Part shown: piece after piece, positions 1-8,620 of the stretch
How the letters are laid out: every line of letters begins with the position of its first letter
How positions within the stretch are numbered: position 1 is the stretch's first letter
Program-made: the position numbers and the translations under genes
Assembly: GCA_963785385.1 (NCBI GenBank)
Contig: CAWAVA010000021.1
Location: forward strand, 84,368 to 148,367
Origin: an uncultured Conexibacteraceae bacterium
GTDB lineage: Bacteria; Actinomycetota; Thermoleophilia; Solirubrobacterales; Solirubrobacteraceae
Reading direction: 5' to 3'
Length of the DNA stretch: 64,000 nt
Notes under the pieces: model-generated
Seen by the model: the letters and a program-made list of their open reading frames with translations, nothing else
Told to the model about the DNA's origin: nothing
Databases searched by the model: none

Positions 1-354
1 ACCAGTGTTGTAGGTCACACCCGTGGTCTTGACGTACAACGAGTTCGCAGCCGGGTTATCGCGCCTGAGATACAGCGAGCCCTGAGGTGCATAAACCAAG
101 CCCTGCGGAGAGCCGACGCCGTGAAGAACGTCAGGGGTACCGGTCGGACGTGGGAACGGCGTCGCAGCCGATGTCACTAGGATCAGCGGCCCATCGGTCT
201 GATAGAGCGTGTTGACCTGATCAGCGACCGTATCGTCGATCAGATATAACGACGTATCGCTCGTGTCGTCCAAGTCAAGCGTCGAACCCCAGCCGGCCGG
301 GAGATGCATCGGCCCAAACCAATAGTCAACAGAAGTCTGATTCGTGATGATCAT
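1..354 (-). CDS. Phage tail-fibre/tailspike-like motif protein (runs off the left edge; absent from the ORF track)
   Basis: Manual translation from ATG at 354 (GGAGGG RBS upstream): MIITNQTSVDYWFG...HGVGSPQGLVYAPQGSLYLRRDNPAANSLYVKTTGVTYNTG. This resembles the GxGSPxGxVxAPxGSxYxRxD...LYVKxxG...NTGW motif of phage fibre/spike proteins. Confidence 0.65.
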   Translation of the reverse strand, partial: MIITNQTSVDYWFGPMHLPAGWGSTLDLDDTSDTSLYLIDDTVADQVNTLYQTDGPLILVTSAATPFPRPTGTPDVLHGVGSPQGLVYAPQGSLYLRRDNPAANSLYVKTTGVTYNTG

Positions 355-709
355 GCGGAAACAAGCCCTCCATACCAGAGATCGAGGAGCCGAGAATCAC
401 GGCGGCAAGTAACTCCGACGCAATCAGCGGTAAGTATTGTCAACGCGCGCCACCGGCAACTACCAAGAAGGCAGTTGGCTCAAGCGTTGTCACAACGAAG
501 CAAGGCTCGTAAGCCTCCTGCCCAAACCCGCGAGCAAGTGCCCAATGTCACTAACCCGCTGCTCGAACCTAGATCCGGTCACTGCCCGTGTCAAACGACC
601 TAGACGTATGTATGACAGTCGCACCGAGGTGGCCCGGACCCAGGTAGGCCGTTGACACTTCCTCTGTGAGGTCTTGCTCTGCGGATAGCGTGTGCGGATG
701 CTCGAGTCG

Positions 710-1551
710 CTATGAGCGGCGTGGGCATAGCCTGGCCAGGTGTGTCAGTGAGCCTGGCCTTCTGGAAGCTCCTTCCCCGGTCAGATCAGGCCGGTGGCGG
801 AGCGCGTCAGCGTGTCGCTCCTGGAGGTCCGCATTCAGCGTCGCAATCAGTTCCGGCGGAATCGGAAAAGCTTGATCGCTGTACACCTCTGCGAGGGCCC
901 GTACCGCTCTGAAAGACCGGTCCATCGCCTCTGCGAGCTGTATGTCTGGCGGGTCGGGACCGATGTTCAGGTTCGACCTGTTCGCGAGCTGCTCCATCCG
1001 CTCCATCTCGTCGTGGAAGTCGTTAATCGCGCCAAGCAGGTCTGGCCGCTGGCTCAGCAGTACATCGTTGTCTCGGGCCACCACGTAATCGAGACTCTCG
1101 CGTAGCGCTTTTCCGATCAGTACCGGGCTGACGCCGGGCCGCAGACGTGGGTTCGGCTCGTCACTGTTGGGGAACTCGTCGACGAGCAGTTCCAGCCACC
1201 CGAGCAGGTCCGTTGGGAGATCTGACCTGAACGTCCCGAGGTTTGTGTGCATCCAGCTATTGGCCGCGGACAGCAGGTAGGACCACATGAACTGGCTGAT
1301 TACCTTCAGGGTCACGGTCAGCACGGAGGCGACTCGCTCGCTCTCGGCTCGCCTCGCCTCGCTGCACGATTCAGCAGAGCCTGGATCAACGTCACCGTTA
1401 GGCCGATCGTGATGGCGCCCACTGCGATGCCTGGTACCCACGGCTTCGCCCAACGCTCGTGGTAGAGAAGGCAAGCCATGATCGCGACGAGAAGCGAGAC
1501 GGCGCAGAGCGCTCGCGCTTCCGCCGAGATATCGCGGCCCCAATCCGTCAT
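710..1551 (-). CDS. 2-TM membrane protein with helical cytoplasmic domain (frameshift near 1345)
   Basis: ORF 1318-1551 encodes two hydrophobic helices; protein-like sequence continues in the 710-1543 frame (ERVASVLTVTLKVISQF...). Confidence 0.5.
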
Positions 1552-1999
1552 CTTGCCGCGAGATGATCTCCGACGCCTAGGCCAGGTACAACTTCGCTCT
1601 TGCCGTGGCTCACTAGCGGAGCCGGCCAGATCGGAAGGCAGCCAGACGGGCTCGATCGCGGTGAGCGCATCCGAAAACGGGCCATCGGGGTGTTGAAGTG
1701 CTCAGCAACTACCAGTGTGCTCGCCACTCTGAACTGACCGGGCGTGTTCCAGATCTCATCGCCCGTGCCTCCAAAGAACCACAGCGCCGGCTGAACACGC
1801 GGGATCGTCGAGCGGGACGAGGAGTCGCGAGCGGCCTCCCGCAGAGCGAGCCTTGATAAGAGGGCCGGGCCCAGCATTGGGGCGACGATAGGGACCGATC
1901 CGGCCTTTACGGCATTGGCTTTGGCAGGTTCGCTTGGTGACTGGACGTGTACATCGGGGGCATGGGATACAACACCCCGTGGCTTGGACGCCACGCCTC

Positions 2000-2040
2000 A
2001 CCCGCCGGGCAGGGCTTCATCACCCCTGCCCGGCGGGTTT
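2000..2040 (+). terminator. 15-bp perfect GC-rich hairpin with short U tail in the leader of the CD-NTase operon
   Basis: ACCCGCCGGGCAGGG (2000-2014), 9-nt loop, CCCTGCCCGGCGGGT (2024-2038), then TT. Confidence 0.55.
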
Positions 2041-2151
2041 ACGTCCGACCCGAGCGGGACGATTACGTCGAGGCTTCGGAGTGGGGGTGATGCCCCGCGC
2101 TACAGCCGGACCTCGACAGACGTCGCGTCCAAACCAAAGGAGGTCGCCCCG

Positions 2152-3213
2152 ATGGCGATTTCAGAGGCTTTGCGGGCAGCCGATAGTCCCGCCACTGACT
2201 ACGCGGAGCAGATCGTCGAGGAAGTGCGCACGCGCATTCAGGCTGAGGATTCTGTTCTCGATCAGGCACGCTCACGCCGTGACGCTGTAATGAGGACAGC
2301 GCTGCGGTTCGAGGGCACTTTGAGCACCTTTGGCTCCGGCTCGTTGGCCCACCGGACCGTGAACGACCCAGTGTCTGACGGCGACGGCGGCGTTGTGCTG
2401 GATGGCCGGACGTGGACTGAGCTAGGCCCCGACAGCGATGTTGGCGAAGGGCCCGACGATGTGATGGACGAGATCGGCGAGTTCGTCTGCGACGAGCTGC
2501 GCGATGCACATCCACGCATCGAGTTCGAGCTGACCAAGCGCGCGATCCTGTTCTCTTTCCACGACCCGATCGGCAATGAGGATCCCACCGTCGACCTCGT
2601 TGTGTGCCTGACACGCCGCGGAAAGTCGGGGTACTGGATCCCAAACCGCGATCACGATCGCTGGGACGCGTCGGACCCGGATAAGCACACTGCGCTGATG
2701 ACTGCCGAGCCGAAGAGCGTGCGGGTGCATCGCGCTCGGGTGATCCGGCTCGCGAAGGCGGCGATCAAGAACGACGAGAACGCGGTTCTATGCTCTTGGA
2801 ATATCTCAGCGCTCGCGCTGAGATCGCACATCACTGTGACCGGAAAGCTGAGTGAGTCGCTGGTGGCCTTCTTTGGTGAGATGGCTGACAGCATCGAGCT
2901 GGGGGCGACGAAGGATCCGGCGGGTGTGTCAGCGCCGATCAAGCTGCCTGACGGGATCAACCGCGAGCGTGCGGTCAAGCGGCTGCGGTACTTCGCCGAC
3001 CGCGTCGCGGAGGCGGTCGAGCACCGCGACGATCACACGGAGGCGCTGACCGCGCTCGGTGAGGTGTTCACGAAGCAGTTGCCTGAGGCACCGAAGTCGA
3101 CCAAGCAGAGCCTTGCCGGCAAGTTGCGACGCGGGAACACGTCGCCCGGTGTGGCGGCCGTGTTTGGCTCGGTGAGCAAGACGCCGGCTTCCTTCGGCGA
3201 TGCGGCGGCGTAA
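2152..3213 (+). CDS. cGAS/DncV-like (SMODS) nucleotidyltransferase, CBASS cyclase
   Basis: AAAGGAGG RBS before ATG 2152. Pol-beta NTase motifs FGSGSLAHRT..SDGD and VDLVV, plus YWIP..W..SDP, RVIRLAK and DPAG. C-terminus ...PASFGDAAA. Confidence 0.8.
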   Translation: MAISEALRAADSPATDYAEQIVEEVRTRIQAEDSVLDQARSRRDAVMRTALRFEGTLSTFGSGSLAHRTVNDPVSDGDGGVVLDGRTWTELGPDSDVGEGPDDVMDEIGEFVCDELRDAHPRIEFELTKRAILFSFHDPIGNEDPTVDLVVCLTRRGKSGYWIPNRDHDRWDASDPDKHTALMTAEPKSVRVHRARVIRLAKAAIKNDENAVLCSWNISALALRSHITVTGKLSESLVAFFGEMADSIELGATKDPAGVSAPIKLPDGINRERAVKRLRYFADRVAEAVEHRDDHTEALTALGEVFTKQLPEAPKSTKQSLAGKLRRGNTSPGVAAVFGSVSKTPASFGDAAA

Positions 3214-3655
3214 GAGCCAGCCGTGGTACAGCGACATTCCTGCGCGCCTGCGCTTTGAAGGGCAGGCCCGCTCGCTGCATCCCATGCTGACCTCGGCCCG
3301 GGTCGGGCACGGCCACAACACCCACATCATCTACCGGGTCATGATCGACGTGCCCGAGTACGAGTCGCGCAACGTGGAGATCAACCTGGCCAACTGGCAG
3401 GAGCCATACGCGACCAGCATCACCGCTGATGGCCCTACTGACTCGCCGCACCGCTACGGCCTCCGGCGCCTGTGTGTATGGCGGCCCGGTGATCCGCCTG
3501 AGCGGACCTGGGCCGCCGGTGACGGGCTGGTTGAGCTGATCGCCCAGATCCGCATCCACCTTTTCAAGGAGGCGTACTGGCGCGAGACAGGAGAGTGGCT
3601 TGGACCGGAGGCCACACACGCACGCCTCAGCGACAAACAACAGGTGGCTGCATGA
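3200..3655 (+). CDS. Stand-alone prokaryotic E2 (ubiquitin-conjugating-like) protein of E2-type CBASS
   Basis: SPHRY...LCVW.P....W catalytic-Cys motif and C-terminal WRETGEWLG..H; overlaps the cyclase stop codon. Confidence 0.7.
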   Translation: MRRRKSQPWYSDIPARLRFEGQARSLHPMLTSARVGHGHNTHIIYRVMIDVPEYESRNVEINLANWQEPYATSITADGPTDSPHRYGLRRLCVWRPGDPPERTWAAGDGLVELIAQIRIHLFKEAYWRETGEWLGPEATHARLSDKQQVAA

Positions 3656-4188
3656 TCGTCATGATGGCGATCTCCGCCCAGGGGGCGGCGCTGATCGGCG
3701 CCGGGACCGCGGCGATCATCAATCTGCTCGGAATCGTCGCGATCGGCGTGCGGCAAGACCGCCAGCGTCGCCGCGAGCTGTACGCGGACGCACTCGAGGC
3801 GACGCTCGCCTACCGCGAGTTCGCCTACGCAGTTCCTCGTCGCCGGTTCGACGCTCCTTCGGAGGAGCGTGTGCGGATCTCGGAGGCGATGCGTGAGGTT
3901 CAGCGCGATCTCGCTCGCGCCGACTCACTGATGAAGATCGAGCGCGCCGACGCGGTCCAGAAGGCGTATTCCCGGCTGGTAGCAGAGACCCGCCGTGTTG
4001 CCGGCGGCTATATCCGCGATGCATGGGAACGTGACCCGATCACGGCGGACAGCGAGATGAACTTCGCCGGTGGGCTCGACTTCTCAGCTATCGACGCCTG
4101 TGAGCACGCGTATCTCGACGCTGTTCGCGAAGACCTCGCGTGGTATCGGGTCGGCTTTTCAGTGAGCGGCGCTCGCGGCAGCGGTTAG
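3652..4188 (+). CDS. Single-TM protein, putative CBASS effector
   Basis: ATGA overlap with the E2 gene; N-terminal hydrophobic helix (AALIGAGTAAIINLLGIVAIGV) followed by a basic stretch and helical domain. Confidence 0.6.
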   Translation: MIVMMAISAQGAALIGAGTAAIINLLGIVAIGVRQDRQRRRELYADALEATLAYREFAYAVPRRRFDAPSEERVRISEAMREVQRDLARADSLMKIERADAVQKAYSRLVAETRRVAGGYIRDAWERDPITADSEMNFAGGLDFSAIDACEHAYLDAVREDLAWYRVGFSVSGARGSG

Positions 4189-4224
4189 GCGAACCGCGGT
4201 GGCAACGACGTACTTCGACTTTGT

Positions 4225-4497
4225 TCAGCGCGTGCGGCGGCATCGGCCAACCGGCCTGTTGATCGCACCTGCCGCGACCTCCGTTCGGCTGTTGAGCTGT
4301 CCGAGCTTCTCCAGGTAGCTCTCCCCGAGCCGGTCCGGTCCGGCGAGCTGCCTGGTCAGGGTGTCGATCCGCTCCTGCGCCTGCAGGCCCAGGTCCGTGA
4401 AGAACTCGGTCGGGTCCCCGATCGCCTCGTATCAGGTCGCGTCGGTCTGCTGCCAGTGTTTCCGTGCCATCGCGCCGTACTTGTTGATCGCGGTCAC
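4225..4497 (-). pseudogene. TnpV-like small ICE protein with internal TGA (4432-4434)
   Basis: Manual translation: VTAINKYGAMARKHWQQTDAT*YEAIGDPTEFFTDLG...LAGPDRLGESYLEKLGQLN. Confidence 0.5.
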
Positions 4498-4645
4498 TTT
4501 CCGGGTTGCCCCAAGGAAGTCGAATGAGAGCTGACCGTCATCCGGGCCTCTAGCGGGCATCCGGCCCGCCTTCGGACTCGAGAATGTCGCTTCCAGTTGT
4601 GCGTGGTTTCACTGATCAGTCATCCCTGACGTTGCAGACGGGCTG

Positions 4646-5368
4646 CTACAGCCCCTGATCGCGGCTGTGCGACCGGTCGCCGACGCCGGGCTCCGGGCGG
4701 GCCTGCGGCACGTCCTCCTCGCCGATCGCGGCCTGCACCGACGCGGCGGCGCTGAATGGCGACCCCACAGTGCTCAGCGCCTGCGACAGCTGCAGGTCCT
4801 TGAGCCCGGCGAACACTTCAGCGACATACGGCTCGATGCGCGCGAGGTCCTGAAGGTCCGGGAGGTCAAGCTGTGCCGGTGACGGGCCTTCTCCAAGGTG
4901 CTCGTTCAGCGACCTGGTTGCTTCCCCGGCAGCGACGCCGGTGGCGTGCCCGTCCTGCATCAGATCGGCGGCGTTGAAATGAAACGGCGCCTGCGTGAAC
5001 CGCTTGCTCATTGCGGCGACCGCGTCGGCGGCAGACTGGTCGCGGTCGGCGTAGGTCAGCGCGTCGGTGTAGGTCTGGACGATCTCACTCGGGCCTTCCG
5101 GGGTGCTGAGCCGCTGCTGCCACCACTGCTCGTCGTGAACGCCCTGCCAGCGGGTCGACGCGGCCGCCTTGTTCAGCGCGTCGCGGGCGTCGAGCCCTTC
5201 GAGCAGCCGGTGTAGGTGCTCGTCGCGGCCGTCGCGGAGCTGCTGCTGCTGGGAAAGTTGCGCTTGGCGCTTGTAGTGGCCGACAAGCTGGATCGCGAGG
5301 CCGACGCCCTCCTTGACGAACTGCTCGACGGCCTCGTGCGTGCCGTCGTGCTCATGCGGACTGCTCAT
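4646..5368 (-). CDS. Hypothetical ICE protein
   Basis: 240-aa ORF with natural composition at the distal end of the transfer operon. Confidence 0.6.
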   Translation of the reverse strand: MSSPHEHDGTHEAVEQFVKEGVGLAIQLVGHYKRQAQLSQQQQLRDGRDEHLHRLLEGLDARDALNKAAASTRWQGVHDEQWWQQRLSTPEGPSEIVQTYTDALTYADRDQSAADAVAAMSKRFTQAPFHFNAADLMQDGHATGVAAGEATRSLNEHLGEGPSPAQLDLPDLQDLARIEPYVAEVFAGLKDLQLSQALSTVGSPFSAAASVQAAIGEEDVPQARPEPGVGDRSHSRDQGL

Positions 5369-5400
5369 CGGTGATCCCTTCGGTTATCGCTCATCTGTCG

Positions 5401-5874
5401 CTACCGTGTCGCCCCAGTCGCGGGTCGTTGGTCAGCGCGGGCGCTGCCTCTGCGACAACGGCACCCAGGCGCTGCGTTACGGGCGACTGTCCGTTGATGC
5501 TCAGCCAAGCGGCGTTGTGCTTCGGTTAGCGCCTCGACGGTGTTCGAGACGCTGTAGGGTGCGTCTCGCGAGATGCCGCTGCGATCCCGCGACGCCTCGA
5601 GCACACTGGCCGCCGAGCGCAGCTCAGCCACTGTGTTGGCGATCGCCTCACTCAACCCGACAGTACGGCTGGGGCTCAGTGGCGTGTAGATCGCTACCGC
5701 CCGCTCGTCGACCACCTCCTTCGCGTCCCGCAGTCGCGGGTCAATGAAGGTCGCGTCGTCGTTGGTTTGCGCCCAGCGGTTTGTGTCCTCGATCGCTTCG
5801 GCGAGATACGCCTGTGTGCTCAGGACCGTCTCGCGCGCATGGATCTCCACGTCGGCGGCGATCGCCATGCTCAC
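5401..5874 (-). CDS. Hypothetical ICE protein
   Basis: Abuts the upstream gene; helical, protein-like N-terminal two-thirds. Confidence 0.55.
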   Translation of the reverse strand: MSMAIAADVEIHARETVLSTQAYLAEAIEDTNRWAQTNDDATFIDPRLRDAKEVVDERAVAIYTPLSPSRTVGLSEAIANTVAELRSAASVLEASRDRSGISRDAPYSVSNTVEALTEAQRRLAEHQRTVARNAAPGCRCRRGSARADQRPATGATR

Positions 5875-6689
5875 TACCCCGCCCCGATGCCGTCGCCGGA
5901 CATGGGTGTGAGCGGCTCGGCCTCCGCTGGTGTCAGCTGCTGGGGGTTGCGGTGGAGCTGCTCGCGCAGTCGCGTGATCGCGGCGCCAGCAGCTTCCCGG
6001 TTGCTGGCCTCGGCGATCTCGACGCCGGCCTTGCGTTGCAGGTCCGCGAGGTAGGCGGCCTGTTTCGGTGTGACCGGGCCGGGAGCGTCCTTGGGCCGTT
6101 CGATCTCGACGCCGGCCTGCTCTGTCGTCGCTACCGGTCCCGGATGACGCTTCTGCTGTTGCAGGTCGATGATGTAGCGCTCCTGCCCGTCGGTGATCGC
6201 GGGGGCGTCACGATGCCCGCCAAGGTGTTCGGCGCGCTGCAGCGAGTGGGAGGCGTGCGCGCCGTATCCGGTGGCGTCGCTGAACCTGCCGGTGCCGTGC
6301 GGTCTGATTGGGCCGCGATCGAGCGCATCGCGGCGCTCACGCTCCTGCCGGGCCGTGAGCGTTCGGCGAGGCTGCGGCTCGACGTGTCTGACCTGGACGT
6401 TGCTGCTGGCGATGGTGGTCATGCCAGCCTCGCGGCCGTGGCGCTCACCGGCCAGTGCGCTGACCCGGTCCAGTTCGCGGCTCACCGCCGCACGATCAGC
6501 GAGTTCGCCCGTCACGGGCCGGTTGACCTTCTGCGACAGGCGGCGAAGCTGAAGTTGTTCGATCAGGTCGCTGGCGTCGCGGCTGGTGAGCTCCTCAGCC
6601 CACGGGTCGACGCGCCGTAGCCGCAGTCCGGCTGCGAGCTGCGCGATCAGATCGCGTTGTGCGTCCTTTGCTGCCTGCATCCTCACCAC
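5874..6689 (-). CDS. Hypothetical protein with repeated T-x-x-Q-x-x-Y-I/L-x-x-L / A-S-x-x-I-x-x-L (DUF3072-like) modules
   Basis: AQRDLIAQL..LTSRDASDLIEQL; ITDGQERYIIDL; VTPKQAAYLADL..AGAAITRL. Confidence 0.55.
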   Translation of the reverse strand: MVRMQAAKDAQRDLIAQLAAGLRLRRVDPWAEELTSRDASDLIEQLQLRRLSQKVNRPVTGELADRAAVSRELDRVSALAGERHGREAGMTTIASSNVQVRHVEPQPRRTLTARQERERRDALDRGPIRPHGTGRFSDATGYGAHASHSLQRAEHLGGHRDAPAITDGQERYIIDLQQQKRHPGPVATTEQAGVEIERPKDAPGPVTPKQAAYLADLQRKAGVEIAEASNREAAGAAITRLREQLHRNPQQLTPAEAEPLTPMSGDGIGAG

Positions 6690-7639
6690 CCCGACCCGAT
6701 GTCGTTGCTATCGGCGACAGTCGCAGCCGGCTGCGCTTTGGCGGGCTCCAGTTCGTCAGGGCCAACGTCAGCCTTCTCGAACGGTGGCGTGCCGGTCTCG
6801 TGATGGGGCGCCTGGTGAGGTTCGTCGGGCTGCGCAGCCAGCACAGGTCGTGACGGTGGGGTGTCGTCTTGCTGTTCCCGCATGCCGTTGATGGCGTAGC
6901 CGGCCTCGAGCGGATACTCGGCGTTGAGGCGTGACCATGCCTGGTGCTCGTCGACCGCGTATACGATCTCCGTGCTGCTCCAGCGCAGTTGCTCGCGCTC
7001 GTCGTACTGCTCGATGCCGGCCGCCCACGCACGCAGCGTCGGCGGCTGCTTGCTCGCCACATATGCGGCGGCGGCCTCGGCGTCGCCTGACTGCCCGATC
7101 CGATGGCCGTTCTTGACGATGTAATGGGTGTCACCGTCCGGCTGGACTTCGTAGACGTCGTCCTTGGCGATGGTCGGGCTGACGCGCTGCTCGACGAGCG
7201 CGAGCCGGGTGTGCGCCAGCTCGCGGTGCAGGCGGTCGAGCTCGTGCGTGAGATACGTGAGGGTGAGCAGCGCCTGCTCAAGCGCCCGGCCGGTCGCGTA
7301 GGCCCACTCGGTTTCGTGGGGGTCGATTGCGCCGATCTCGCTCAGGCGGCTTTCGAGCTTCTCGATCGAGGTCTCAAGCGGGGTGGGCTTGGCGGCCAGT
7401 GCCGCCTCGTTCTCGATCAGCCGGACGCAGTAGGCACCCTCGCCGCGGTAGTCGAGCTCGAAGCCGGCCTCCTCGATGTCGATGATCGCGCCCGCCCAGC
7501 GGTCCTCCTCAACGCTGGCTGGCTTGGTGAGCGGCCTGTGTGCGCGGGTTGCGGAGACGAGCTGACGGAGGAGCAGCAGCCCGTCGCGCGAGAGGTGCTG
7601 TCGCTGCTCCGCGATCGTCGTTGTTCTTGCTGGCTGCAC
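6683..7639 (-). CDS. Hypothetical ICE protein
   Basis: 318-aa ORF co-oriented with and overlapping its downstream neighbour. Confidence 0.6.
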   Translation of the reverse strand: MQPARTTTIAEQRQHLSRDGLLLLRQLVSATRAHRPLTKPASVEEDRWAGAIIDIEEAGFELDYRGEGAYCVRLIENEAALAAKPTPLETSIEKLESRLSEIGAIDPHETEWAYATGRALEQALLTLTYLTHELDRLHRELAHTRLALVEQRVSPTIAKDDVYEVQPDGDTHYIVKNGHRIGQSGDAEAAAAYVASKQPPTLRAWAAGIEQYDEREQLRWSSTEIVYAVDEHQAWSRLNAEYPLEAGYAINGMREQQDDTPPSRPVLAAQPDEPHQAPHHETGTPPFEKADVGPDELEPAKAQPAATVADSNDIGSGW

Positions 7640-7737
7640 TGTTCACCGTCCTTGGTGGTCAGGCCCTTTGGTGGCCGCCGCCGCGCTGTGCGTCGACGGC
7701 CACCGTCGGGTGTTCGGACTGCTCTGGCACCGGCCTC

Positions 7738-8196
7738 CTACAGCTCGATTCCGCCCGCTGCTGCCGCTACGGTGACCGGCGCGGCCTCGGCGGGCTCCAG
7801 TGAGTCGTCCTCCTTGTCGGCCTCGGCGGACTCTGTGGCCTCCTGCGCGACCTGCGCGTCGGCCTGCTGCTCGCGGCTCTCGCCGTCGCCGCGCGGGGCG
7901 GCGAGGAACTCGATGTCGCCGATCAGCTTGTAGGTCTGGCGGTTCTCGCCGGTCTGCGCGTCCTTCCACTGATCGTGCTGCAGCCGACCGTCGACCGCTA
8001 CCAGCCAGCCCTTGCCGATCGTCTTGAGCGCCGCGTCGGCTCCCGCGCCGTAGGACTCGAAGTTGATGTACCCAACCGAGTTGCCCTGGCCCATGCCGTC
8101 GACCGCTAGGCGGCCCTTCGCCACGACGGTGCCGCCGCGGGTCTCGCCACGCTCCAGATCAGCCACCAGCCGGCCGGTCTTGAGATCCTTGTTCAT
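7738..8196 (-). CDS. ssb: Single-stranded DNA-binding protein
   Basis: MN...GRLVAD, RLAVD, KGWLVAVDGRLQHDQW, IEFL OB-fold pattern; acidic tail. Confidence 0.8.
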   Translation of the reverse strand: MNKDLKTGRLVADLERGETRGGTVVAKGRLAVDGMGQGNSVGYINFESYGAGADAALKTIGKGWLVAVDGRLQHDQWKDAQTGENRQTYKLIGDIEFLAAPRGDGESREQQADAQVAQEATESAEADKEDDSLEPAEAAPVTVAAAAGGIEL

Positions 8197-8264
8197 TGCT
8201 GTGCCCCTTTCCGTGGGCTTTCGCACCCGGCCCTCATGGCGGGTGCCGTGGTTCTTGGCTTCGG

Positions 8265-8600
8265 TTAGCTCGCGCAGGGCGTGCGGTCCGCGTCCAAGTG
8301 CAGTGCGCCATCGCCAGCGACCGCCAACAGCGCCGGGGTGTCGCGGAAGACTCTTCCGATCCGTCCGCCGCGGCGCGCCGAGCCAAACGCCGGTGACCCG
8401 CTCGTTCGGGACAACCAGCAGCACCTTGTTCCGGCCAGCGTCAGGCCGTGCTCGATCAGCACCGAGTTGACCGTCTTGGCGACGATCCGACCCGACTCGC
8501 GGGCTGCGCATCGCCCCGGCGCGAACGTTCGCGGAGGAGGGGTGAAGCGGATGAACTGTCCGATTGCTAGATCCTGCGGGTGAACTGCCGTGGTGCTCAT
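8265..8600 (-). CDS. Small hypothetical protein (possible frameshift)
   Basis: ATG 8600 with GGGAG RBS, inside the transfer operon. Confidence 0.35.
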   Translation of the reverse strand: MSTTAVHPQDLAIGQFIRFTPPPRTFAPGRCAARESGRIVAKTVNSVLIEHGLTLAGTRCCWLSRTSGSPAFGSARRGGRIGRVFRDTPALLAVAGDGALHLDADRTPCAS

Positions 8601-8620
8601 GTGGCTCTCCCTTGTCGTGG

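Noticed and set aside
437-655. Possible HNH remnant (KRCHN)
   Set aside because: The rest of the HNH pattern is absent; likely chance.
1548-1994. 148-aa minus-strand ORF as a divergent CBASS regulator
   Set aside because: No HTH, WYL or HExxH motif, and the composition looks non-coding.
1915-2151. 79-aa N-terminal extension of the CD-NTase given by the ORF track
   Set aside because: A strong AAAGGAGG RBS precedes ATG 2152; the extension is Pro/Ser-rich and runs through a strong hairpin.
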